From positions 1 through 42,669 of IMG/VR virus record IMGVR_UViG_3300008267_000108: a stretch of 42,669 bases of DNA. One strand, 5' to 3'. The stretch is from a virus (taxonomy: Duplodnaviria; Caudoviricetes). Shown here piece by piece: positions 19,528 to 27,607 of the stretch (its first letter is position 1; every line of letters begins with the position of its first letter). Under the pieces are notes generated by a model, which saw only the letters and a program-made list of their open reading frames with translations, was not told where the DNA came from and did not search any database. A program made the position numbers and the translations under genes.

Positions 19528-20715
19528 GTGTACTTTGAAGTCCTCGACAACAAGATTGAATGTTATGGATTTTATGCAAACGGCGAAATCCACAAGACAC
19601 TACCAGACGATGCAAAATATACTTGGAGCTACAATCCAAATATTTCATTAGATTCTGTTGAATACATGAATCTTCGTGTTGGCGGCAAAGACATAAACGA
19701 AATCTGTCCAGACCATCTTAAAGAAGATTGGAAGATTGCATCTGATAGGCTCAAGGCTTATATGCGGTCTTTCGTAACTGCTAAGATTAATCTTGAACAT
19801 AACTGTTTCTATGACTTGGTGCCAGAGCGGTTTCTACTTGAGTATTTCTCGATTAAGTCAAAGATTACGCAATGGGTGCAAGAAAATTGTAAAGCACCAG
19901 ATAACTATGAATTTATGGTAGACCTTGCCAAGTTTGTAGACGATATCAAACGTCAAAAGCTTGAGATTGACCTTGCACCGCTTAATACAAAGATTGCGAA
20001 TCCTCGTACCAAAGCGATGCGTCAAAAGCTTGAAGTAATGCCACCATTTATTCGCTACAATATGTTTGGCACGATTACTGGTCGTCTATCGACTATTGAG
20101 AACTCGTTTCCAATTCTGTCTCTGGACAAAAACTATCGTTCTGTAATTAAACCTACAAACGATTGGTTTGTTGAATTAGACTTTAATGGTGCAGAACTGC
20201 GTACATTCTTGGCTCTTGCTGGTCATAAGCAGCCAGACGTAGACATTCACGATTGGAATGTTGAAAACGTGTTTGGTGGTGGTATTACGCGAGAGGAAGC
20301 AAAAGAGAAAATCTTTGCTTGGCTATATGGTTCTGGCAAGAAGGATGCAATCTTGTCTAAGATTTACGACCGTGATATGGTTCGCGAGAAGTATTGGAAT
20401 GGTTACGAGGTAAACACGCCTTATAATCGCAAGATTGAATCCGATAGACACCACGCAATGTCGTATATAATTCAGTCTACATTTTCAGATATTGTATTGA
20501 GACAAGCAATTAAGGTGCATAACTTTTTAAAAGATAAGAAGTCGTTTATCTCATTTGCTATCCATGACAATATCGTGCTTGATATTGCAGATGATGAAAA
20601 AAGATTGCTTAGAGAGATTATAAACATATTCTCTAATACAGATTATGGACTATTTAAAGTAAATATCAAAGTAGGAAATGACTACGGAGATATGAAAACT
20701 TTGGGTAAAAACTAA
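19528..20715 (+). CDS. Minimal family A DNA polymerase (polymerase domain only)
   Basis: TITGRLS, motif A (ELDFNGAELR), DIH, motif B (REEAK..IFAWLYG), IIQS..SD and motif C (IHD). GTG start with GAGGT RBS. Confidence 0.8.
   Translation: MYFEVLDNKIECYGFYANGEIHKTLPDDAKYTWSYNPNISLDSVEYMNLRVGGKDINEICPDHLKEDWKIASDRLKAYMRSFVTAKINLEHNCFYDLVPERFLLEYFSIKSKITQWVQENCKAPDNYEFMVDLAKFVDDIKRQKLEIDLAPLNTKIANPRTKAMRQKLEVMPPFIRYNMFGTITGRLSTIENSFPILSLDKNYRSVIKPTNDWFVELDFNGAELRTFLALAGHKQPDVDIHDWNVENVFGGGITREEAKEKIFAWLYGSGKKDAILSKIYDRDMVREKYWNGYEVNTPYNRKIESDRHHAMSYIIQSTFSDIVLRQAIKVHNFLKDKKSFISFAIHDNIVLDIADDEKRLLREIINIFSNTDYGLFKVNIKVGNDYGDMKTLGKN
20649..20656 (+). promoter_or_regulatory. Putative late promoter ACTATTTA within the polymerase 3' end; variant ACTAATTA at 20711-20718
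   Basis: Motif 66 bp upstream of the leader-bearing ORF at 20723. Confidence 0.55.
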
Positions 20716-20722
20716 TTATAAC

Positions 20723-22429
20723 ATGAGCAAAATACATAATAATTGGCGAGTATTTCTCGCAGAAAAGACATTTCAAGATTTTTCACAAGGCGAGAAAGAT
20801 TTGTGGATTAATATCGCTTATGACGAATTAATAGCAGATAAAGAAAAATATGGCTCTGGTGAAGATACAATAAACAAAGAGCTATATGATTTAATTGACG
20901 TATCATATGCCAATATTGGTGGTCACGTATCTTTTAGAAGTGCAGAAGATATGCCATCTGATTATACAGATTGGGAAGCAACAGATGTTGATGCTGACCC
21001 TCAACCAGATGCAGTAATCTTTGGAAAAGGTAATAAGTATTCTGGCGGTGCTGCTGATGGTAGTATAGAAGGAAAGAAAGCTATGCTTGATAAGACAGCA
21101 GATTTTCTAAATACTTCTGGAAAATATGGTGAATTTTCTGATGCGTTAGCACACATAATGATGACAAGATACAACATCCCCTCTGTAAACGATGAACAAG
21201 TTGTACGAGATATATTAAACAAAGAAATTGAATGGGTAGGTGCAAATCCAAACGGTAAGTATCCAAATCATACTGGATGGTATATCAGAGATTTAGGAAA
21301 ATTTGGTAAAGAAGATAAACATATGAAGATATTGCTTGGAAACCCAGAACAAGCAACTGCATTACAAAAAATGGAAGATGAAATTTTAGCAGAGATTAAA
21401 GACTATTCTACAGGAAAGAAATATTTTGTTAGTGATTTTCAAGAGAAAGTAAGAAAGAAGAATATTAAAGCAAAGAAGAGATTAATTGGAACAGGTAATG
21501 AAGGTGCATTATCTGGTCTTGGTGCTATGGAAGAAGAAAAGAAAAAGACACATAGACTTGATAAAGAATATGACCTATCTGCCCTTAAGAAAGGCACAAA
21601 GGTTGAAATGGAACACGAAACGGGTATAAAAGATAAGAAACGTGCCCATGATATGGCAGAGAAAACAGCTAAAGACCATTTAGATGAAGACCCAAAGTAT
21701 TATGATAAATTAGAAAAGATTGAAGAATCAATAAAACAATATGCTTCTTTAGAAGAAGGTATTCTAAAGTGGTTAGGATTAGAAAAAGAAGATAAGGAAG
21801 AATATATTAATTACAGTCAACCAGATACATCTAAGACATTATATATTGGAGCCTTTCCTTCAATAGTTCAAAAAGAAATGAATGATGCTATAGAAAAATT
21901 TGATGTAATCTACAATATGTCAAGTGATGCAAAAGAGTTAATGTCAAGAAATTCTCCACAAGTATATAACAAGCTTGTAGCAGATGGAAAGATAATAGAT
22001 GAATATGCAATTGCTGATGAAGATTTGGACGAGACAACAAGTGCTGCTAGGATTGAACAGGAAAATAACATGCTTACAACCGCCGCTACAAGAGTTGCAC
22101 AAGACGTACAAGCTGGTAAGCGTGTTCTAGTAGTATGTTCCGAAGGACGTAATCGTTCCGTGGCAACATCTATTGTTGCATTGAGAACTTTAGGCATGAA
22201 TCCACAAGAAGCATACCAAGCGATTAAAGCTGCTAGAGCAAAAACTATGGATGAAGTTGAATTAATTAAAGCAGCAAAAGAAAATAGACGCGCAAAGAAA
22301 ATAAACAAACCTGTAATGCAAATTGGTGACAAGCCACATGCAAGATTTATGAAATTTGCAGGAGTCACACCAGAGAAGATTCAAGAAATGGTAGAGAAAT
22401 TCCTTGCCAAGATTCTTCGCGGCGGTTAA
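20723..22429 (+). CDS. Multidomain putative internal head protein: leader, unknown domain, DUF5661-like domain, dual-specificity phosphatase
   Basis: N-terminal HNNWRVFLAE; KGTKVEMEH...A.DHL.EDPKYY.KL; P-loop VCSEGRNRS (CX5R). Confidence 0.7.
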   Translation: MSKIHNNWRVFLAEKTFQDFSQGEKDLWINIAYDELIADKEKYGSGEDTINKELYDLIDVSYANIGGHVSFRSAEDMPSDYTDWEATDVDADPQPDAVIFGKGNKYSGGAADGSIEGKKAMLDKTADFLNTSGKYGEFSDALAHIMMTRYNIPSVNDEQVVRDILNKEIEWVGANPNGKYPNHTGWYIRDLGKFGKEDKHMKILLGNPEQATALQKMEDEILAEIKDYSTGKKYFVSDFQEKVRKKNIKAKKRLIGTGNEGALSGLGAMEEEKKKTHRLDKEYDLSALKKGTKVEMEHETGIKDKKRAHDMAEKTAKDHLDEDPKYYDKLEKIEESIKQYASLEEGILKWLGLEKEDKEEYINYSQPDTSKTLYIGAFPSIVQKEMNDAIEKFDVIYNMSSDAKELMSRNSPQVYNKLVADGKIIDEYAIADEDLDETTSAARIEQENNMLTTAATRVAQDVQAGKRVLVVCSEGRNRSVATSIVALRTLGMNPQEAYQAIKAARAKTMDEVELIKAAKENRRAKKINKPVMQIGDKPHARFMKFAGVTPEKIQEMVEKFLAKILRGG

Positions 22430-22432
22430 GAT
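22404..22432 (+). promoter_or_regulatory. Sigma70-like promoter
   Basis: TTGCCA-17 bp-TAAGAT just upstream of the Nudix gene. Confidence 0.55.
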
Positions 22433-22447
22433 ATAGGTGAGGAAAAG

Positions 22448-22855
22448 ATGAATTACACTCCTGCTGTTGCCGTTGTAATTATTAATGAGAAAGAAGAGAT
22501 TCTATCTCTCTTAAGGTCTGAAACCGACTCTTGGAAGCCTCTTCATTGGGGACTTCCCGGAGGTCATATTGATGAAGGTGAGACACCTTTTGAGTGTGCT
22601 ATTCGTGAAACAAAAGAAGAATGTAATTTGGATATAAATCCAATTTATTTTGGCAATATCATTACAGATGAAAATTATAGAATTTATCTATATTATGCTG
22701 TTCAATATTCTGGTAATATTGAACTTAGTTTTGAACACAAAGATTATAAGTGGTTTTCAAAACAACAAATTCTAGAGACTCAAAATAGAACACCTTTGCT
22801 TTACACTAATGTATGTAAAGCATTTGATGAAAAGAATGAAAATGAGAAAAAATGA
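22448..22855 (+). CDS. Nudix hydrolase, MutT-like
   Basis: Nudix box GGHIDEGETPFECAIRETKEECNL; LSFEH.DYKW. Confidence 0.9.
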   Translation: MNYTPAVAVVIINEKEEILSLLRSETDSWKPLHWGLPGGHIDEGETPFECAIRETKEECNLDINPIYFGNIITDENYRIYLYYAVQYSGNIELSFEHKDYKWFSKQQILETQNRTPLLYTNVCKAFDEKNENEKK

Positions 22856-23667
22856 ACATCATAGGACTAGGCAACATAGGCTGTTCGATAGCCAAACAAT
22901 TTTCTAAATATAAACAATTCTCTACTCACCTTGTTGATACTGAAAATCAAGGCGGTAGCTGTTTTATCTTACCAGAATTTAATAAAGCAGAAGACTACGA
23001 GAATAAATATACCAATCTTCCTTTTGAATTAGAGGAAGATTTGACTGTAGTACTGTCTGGTGATGAATTGATGTGTTGTTCTGTCTTACGTATTTTAGAA
23101 CAATACAGAAATCTTGACCTACACGTTATATATGTAAAACCAGATACAAAGTTTCTAACTCAAACACAGATTATGATAGACCGTACTGTGCGTGGTGTAC
23201 TACAAGAACTAACAAGGTCAGCAAAAATTTCTTCAATGTTTCTTGTTGACTTAAAAAAAGTTTCTGATATAGTAGGTAAAGTGGCTCTCAAAGATAGAGA
23301 GACAAAACAGTATGAAGTTATTGCAACATCATATTATATGAAAAATATGTTTGACAATATTCAGCCAGTTCTCGACAAGACAGTTGATAGTCCAATCACA
23401 TATTCTATAAAAACTTTTGGAATTATGGATTTGGATAGTGGAGAAGAAAAGTTCTTCTACCCCCTTGACGAGATACGCGAGAAGAGATATAGTTACTACA
23501 TCAACAAAGAAAAGTTAGACTCCGATGTTGACCTCTCGGACCACATAGAGCATCAAATAAGTTCTAAGTTTGTGGAGAACCTAAAGGTTTCATATGCAGT
23601 CTACGAAAGTCCACTAGAGCAATCTAGCGTGTTCATAGAAGTAAAAACACCACATATCCAAGGATAA
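22852..23667 (+). CDS. Divergent tubulin/FtsZ-fold or other Rossmann-fold protein
   Basis: N-terminal IIGLGNIGCSIA..F and LVD; the GGGTG(S/T)G signature is absent. Confidence 0.45.
   Translation: MNIIGLGNIGCSIAKQFSKYKQFSTHLVDTENQGGSCFILPEFNKAEDYENKYTNLPFELEEDLTVVLSGDELMCCSVLRILEQYRNLDLHVIYVKPDTKFLTQTQIMIDRTVRGVLQELTRSAKISSMFLVDLKKVSDIVGKVALKDRETKQYEVIATSYYMKNMFDNIQPVLDKTVDSPITYSIKTFGIMDLDSGEEKFFYPLDEIREKRYSYYINKEKLDSDVDLSDHIEHQISSKFVENLKVSYAVYESPLEQSSVFIEVKTPHIQG
23465..23493 (+). promoter_or_regulatory. Sigma70-like promoter internal to a CDS
   Basis: TTGACG-17 bp-TATAGT, about 175 bp upstream of ORF 23670. Confidence 0.45.
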
Positions 23668-23669
23668 AT

Positions 23670-23942
23670 ATGACAGCATATACGGGTACATTTGTTAAGA
23701 AAGACGGTACTCAACGTACCATGACATTTATCAAGGTGGAAGATTTGCCAACAGAATTCCTAGAAACAAAACTTAAAAACACAGGCCGTAAGGCCAATAT
23801 TGCAGAAGGCTCAAAAGTCGTTTACGACGTTCAAGCAAAAGAATTTAGAATTTTCAATTACAACACTCTAGTAGGGGAACTTACAGAGTCTATGGTTGAC
23901 ACCATCCAACCAGTTGAATATGATGGTAGTACAGCAATCTAG
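23670..23942 (+). CDS. Small SH3/WYL_2-like phage protein
   Basis: FVKKDGTQRTM and VYDV..KEFR.FN motifs. Confidence 0.65.
   Translation: MTAYTGTFVKKDGTQRTMTFIKVEDLPTEFLETKLKNTGRKANIAEGSKVVYDVQAKEFRIFNYNTLVGELTESMVDTIQPVEYDGSTAI
23896..23924 (+). promoter_or_regulatory. Sigma70-like promoter for the SSB gene
   Basis: TTGACA-17 bp-TATGAT. Confidence 0.7.
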
Positions 23943-24000
23943 CAGTATACGAGATTTGGTATACTGACTTTAACTTAACAATCTATAAGGAGATTAAATC

Positions 24001-24777
24001 ATGGCTCTCGACCTAAACAAAATGCGTGCAAAACTCAATAGCCTCGCCAACAATGGTAAGGACAACGGTTCTAATAGCTGGAAGCCCGAAGAGGGACAGC
24101 ACAGTATCCGTATTGTACCAACCGCTGACGGTGACCCATTTAAGGAATTCTGGTTCCACTACGAGGTAGGTAAGACCAAGAGCGTTCTTTGTCCTAAGAA
24201 GAACTTTGGCGAGGAGTGTCCAATCTGTGAGTTTGCTTCGCAGCTTTGGAAGGAGGGTGTTGCAAACGAAGACGACGAAAGCAAGAAAATGGCTAAGTCT
24301 CTCTTCCCCCGTCAACGTTTCTCTTCTCCAATTCTTGTCCGTGGCGACGAGAAAAAGGGAGTACAGGTCTGGTCATATGGTAAGACCGCATATGAGACAA
24401 TGATTAATCTCGTTCTCAATCCAGAGTACGGAGATATTACCGACCCAGAGGATGGTCTTGACCTTGTAATTGATTATGCCAAGGCTGCTGGTCCCGGTGC
24501 GTTCCCAACCACCAAGATTACTCCTCGCCGTAAGTCTTCTCCCCTCTGTTCACCAGAGTATGGTGGTCCAGCGAAGTGCAAGGAAATCCTTGATACGCTC
24601 CCAGACTTTGACAAACTCTTCAAGCGTCTTTCTACTGCTGATGTACAGAAGATTCTTGACGAATCCTTCTCTACTGACGAGGGTGCAGAAGAGCAATCTT
24701 CCACCGTTGAGCGCGGTGGTAGCAAGGGTGGTAAAACCAAAGTTGATGATGCCCTTGATGAATTCATGGGAAGCTAA
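24001..24777 (+). CDS. Single-stranded DNA-binding protein, T4 gp32-like
   Basis: WKP..G...IRIVP, FHY, CPK..FGE.CPIC, YGDITDP..G.DL, acidic tail; adjacent to the recombinase. Confidence 0.8.
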   Translation: MALDLNKMRAKLNSLANNGKDNGSNSWKPEEGQHSIRIVPTADGDPFKEFWFHYEVGKTKSVLCPKKNFGEECPICEFASQLWKEGVANEDDESKKMAKSLFPRQRFSSPILVRGDEKKGVQVWSYGKTAYETMINLVLNPEYGDITDPEDGLDLVIDYAKAAGPGAFPTTKITPRRKSSPLCSPEYGGPAKCKEILDTLPDFDKLFKRLSTADVQKILDESFSTDEGAEEQSSTVERGGSKGGKTKVDDALDEFMGS

Positions 24778-24791
24778 CAATCAATAGAACT

Positions 24792-24827
24792 TGGGGGGTA
24801 CATGCTTGTTGGTGTGCCCCCCATTTT
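24792..24827 (+). terminator. Intrinsic terminator after SSB
   Basis: TGGGGGGTACAT / GTGTGCCCCCCA stem with G-U pairs, followed by TTTT. Confidence 0.75.
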
Positions 24828-24848
24828 CATTTTATAAGGATTCAAACA

Positions 24849-25988
24849 ATGGCAAAGAAAGTCGCAACTACCAAAAACGGTAAAGTATCCATCTCTCAAA
24901 TGAGAGACTTAATTAATAAAAAAGCTGGCACAGAAGTAGCCTTCAATCTCACACAAGATAATCCAACGGACGTAAATGAATTTATTGCAACAGGTTCTCG
25001 TTGGCTTGATTCTATTATTTGTAAAGGCAAACTAGCAGGTATTCCCGTAGGTAAGATTACAGAGATTGCTGGTCTTGAAGCATCTGGTAAATCTTACATG
25101 GCTGCACAAATTGCAGCAAATGCTCAAAAGCAAGGGTTAGAAGTAGTTTATTTTGATTCAGAATCTGCTCTTGACTCTTCATTCCTTGCTCGCGCAGGTT
25201 GTAATGTAGATGAAATCCTATACGTTCAAGCAACCTCAGTAGAGTTTGTTCTAGAAACTATTGAGGAACTTTTGGGTGCTGGTACAGGCCGAATCCTCTT
25301 TATTTGGGATTCGCTTGCAATGACACCAGCAAATGCAGACCTTGAGGGTGACTTTAATCCTCAATCTTCAATGGCTCAAAAACCACGTATTCTCTCTAAG
25401 GGTATGTCTAAATTGGTTCAACCAATTGCAAATCAACAATGCTCTTTGCTCGTTCTAAATCAGCTTAAAACGAACATCACTAGCACGCCCGCAGAAGCCC
25501 TTGTGGAGCCTTACTTTACTCCGGGCGGTAAAGCCCTACCCTATGCCTACTCGTTGCGTATATGGCTTACAGGACGCAAATCTAAGGCATCTTTCTTGAC
25601 CGACGAGAAGGGATATCGTATTGGTTCTGAGCTTAAAGCACGACTCAAAAAATCACGCTTTGGAACAGAAGGTAGAGAGTGTACATTTAAGATTGTATGG
25701 GGTGGTGATGATATTGCTATTCAAGATGAAGAGTCATGGCTTGAGGCAATCAAAACCTCTGACCAACTTGAGCAGGGTGGAGCTTGGTTCTCGTTAGTTT
25801 ATGCTGATGGAACAAAAGAGAAATTCCAGACCGCTATGTGGATTGATAAACTACAGAATCCAAAGTTCCGTGAACGTGTACTTCAGATTATGGATAAAGA
25901 GATTATTACTAATTTTGAAACTAAACAGGGTAATGCATCTAATTATTATAATATCGATGGTGATGAACCAGAGAACGTAGGAGATTGA
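24849..25988 (+). CDS. recA: RecA/UvsX recombinase
   Basis: TGS..LD, GIPVGKITEIAGLEASGKS (Walker A), YFDSE.ALD, IWDS, LNQL, TPGGKAL and GGAWF. Confidence 0.93.
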   Translation: MAKKVATTKNGKVSISQMRDLINKKAGTEVAFNLTQDNPTDVNEFIATGSRWLDSIICKGKLAGIPVGKITEIAGLEASGKSYMAAQIAANAQKQGLEVVYFDSESALDSSFLARAGCNVDEILYVQATSVEFVLETIEELLGAGTGRILFIWDSLAMTPANADLEGDFNPQSSMAQKPRILSKGMSKLVQPIANQQCSLLVLNQLKTNITSTPAEALVEPYFTPGGKALPYAYSLRIWLTGRKSKASFLTDEKGYRIGSELKARLKKSRFGTEGRECTFKIVWGGDDIAIQDEESWLEAIKTSDQLEQGGAWFSLVYADGTKEKFQTAMWIDKLQNPKFRERVLQIMDKEIITNFETKQGNASNYYNIDGDEPENVGD

Positions 25989-25989
25989 A

Positions 25990-26256
25990 ATGTTTGCTTT
26001 TCTAGTTAGTCTACTTTTTGGATGCACGATTCAATATGCTTATGCTGAACCACCAGCAGCTACATATTACACACATGCACCTGTTCCCGTTGTTGTTCAA
26101 CAATATCGTCGTTGGGTGCCCGGACACTATAATCCACATGGTATGTGGATAAATGGTTATTGGACTTATGCACCAGCACCAAGACCACCAATTTATGTAC
26201 AACCACAAAACTGCCACGTTCATCGTGATGGACGCTCTCATTGTGGTAGACACTAG
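25990..26256 (+). CDS. Small exported or lipoprotein-like protein with YXWGXW-type repeats
   Basis: Hydrophobic N-terminus ending LFGC; WVPGHY and WINGYW repeats; Pro-rich. Confidence 0.55.
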   Translation: MFAFLVSLLFGCTIQYAYAEPPAATYYTHAPVPVVVQQYRRWVPGHYNPHGMWINGYWTYAPAPRPPIYVQPQNCHVHRDGRSHCGRH

Positions 26257-26293
26257 ACAGTAAGATAGAATACAAAACATATGCCCATGAGGG

Positions 26294-26322
26294 TTGACTC
26301 CCCTCATGGGCTGTGTTATTAT
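26294..26322 (+). promoter_or_regulatory. Sigma70-like promoter with its -35 box in a hairpin loop
   Basis: TTGACT-17 bp-TATTAT with extended -10 TG; 11-bp inverted repeat at 26283-26311. Confidence 0.7.
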
Positions 26323-26347
26323 ATATCTGTTCTGGAGACAGTCACCT

Positions 26348-26776
26348 ATGGAGCCTCACCCGAAGTCGGTAAACGACCTTTCTAAGAAGCAGCGCAATTT
26401 TATTGACCTTGCCGCACGTATCGCACAGCAGACCGAGTTTAAGGAATATAAGCATGGTGCCGTGCTTGTTCGTGCTGGCGCAGTTATGAACACCTCTTGT
26501 AACAAGAACAAGTATAAGGCTTGGGCTAATCGTTTTCGCAAGAAGCAGCGGGGACACGCGACTGTTCATGCGGAGATTGGTGCCATTCTTGGTCTTGACC
26601 GTTCTGTGACTGAAGGCGGCACAATTTATGTTGTGCGTGTTGGTCGCGATGGTTGCCTTCGTAATTCTAAGCCTTGCCCCATGTGTGAGGCTGCTATGCA
26701 ATTTGTCGGCATTAAGCGTGTTATTTATTCTAATGAACATGGACACATTGAACACATGAGGATTTATAATGAGTAA
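26348..26776 (+). CDS. Zn-dependent cytidine/dCMP-type deaminase
   Basis: HGAVLV, HAE and PCPMC. ATG at 26348 has a GGAG RBS; the track's TTG at 26294 is the promoter -35 box. Confidence 0.85.
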   Translation: MEPHPKSVNDLSKKQRNFIDLAARIAQQTEFKEYKHGAVLVRAGAVMNTSCNKNKYKAWANRFRKKQRGHATVHAEIGAILGLDRSVTEGGTIYVVRVGRDGCLRNSKPCPMCEAAMQFVGIKRVIYSNEHGHIEHMRIYNE

Positions 26777-27047
26777 GTATAATAACGATTACCGCAATCC
26801 TTGGGAAGAAACTAGGGAAGGCTGTTGGGTTGTATATAAGCGCGATGGTTGTACCTCAATGAGAAAAATAGATGAACCAGCACTTGCAGAGGTTGAAGTT
26901 GCCCTTGCAATGTTGTATGATGGTATTATGAAGACTATGCATAAGAGAATGGAAGATAATAAATATTTTATCTCTCCTCATGAATATGTAATGGCTGGTA
27001 TCGAATACATTCGCAAGGAGATTAACAATGCCAAGACCATCCCGTGA
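26769..27047 (+). CDS. Hypothetical protein
   Basis: Overlapping ORF within the operon; GAGG RBS. Confidence 0.55.
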   Translation: MSKYNNDYRNPWEETREGCWVVYKRDGCTSMRKIDEPALAEVEVALAMLYDGIMKTMHKRMEDNKYFISPHEYVMAGIEYIRKEINNAKTIP

Positions 27048-27417
27048 AAAATATGATGAACTTGAAGAAAAGTATAAATCAATTCTAAGAACGTCTTATG
27101 GATTTGAAGTCCCTCTGGGTTGGCTCGTTATTGTTGAGCAATTCCTAGAAAGGGCTATGAACTTTGAAGGATGGTTTAAGGTTGTTCAGATAAAGGAAAA
27201 GTTTGGTGGTCTTCGTATTTATATCGAATCAGAAGATGATACACCAAAAGAAATAAGTGCAATGATTGATGGTCTTATTTCAGAAGCAGAATTTAAGGCC
27301 AATCGTTCTTGCCATGATTGCGGTTGTTCTATTGATAGAGATAACGCAAAAAAGTATAAGTTCTATGTTCTCTGCGATAGTTGTGCGGCTGTGAAAGATG
27401 AAACACAACAAAGGTGA
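27028..27417 (+). CDS. Conserved phage protein with C-terminal Zn finger
   Basis: GW, V.QIKEKFGGLRIY and CxxC...CxxC; AAGGAG RBS. Confidence 0.7.
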   Translation: MPRPSREKYDELEEKYKSILRTSYGFEVPLGWLVIVEQFLERAMNFEGWFKVVQIKEKFGGLRIYIESEDDTPKEISAMIDGLISEAEFKANRSCHDCGCSIDRDNAKKYKFYVLCDSCAAVKDETQQR

Positions 27418-27607
27418 TTTGGTAAAAGCTAATGTATATGGTGCTTGGTCTGTAGACGGCCCATTACAAAAACCAATGTTTATGAGATATGACCTATTAG
27501 CAATAGTGTTGGAAGAAACAACAGAACATATGTATAGACTTCACCTACTGTCTGATGATAAGATGGTAATACTACATGAGGAAGATATTAAATGCATCGA
27601 ATCCTAA
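27398..27607 (+). CDS. Small hypothetical protein (KGDLV start, possibly SH3-like)
   Basis: Overlapping ORF within the operon. Confidence 0.5.
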   Translation: MKHNKGDLVKANVYGAWSVDGPLQKPMFMRYDLLAIVLEETTEHMYRLHLLSDDKMVILHEEDIKCIES

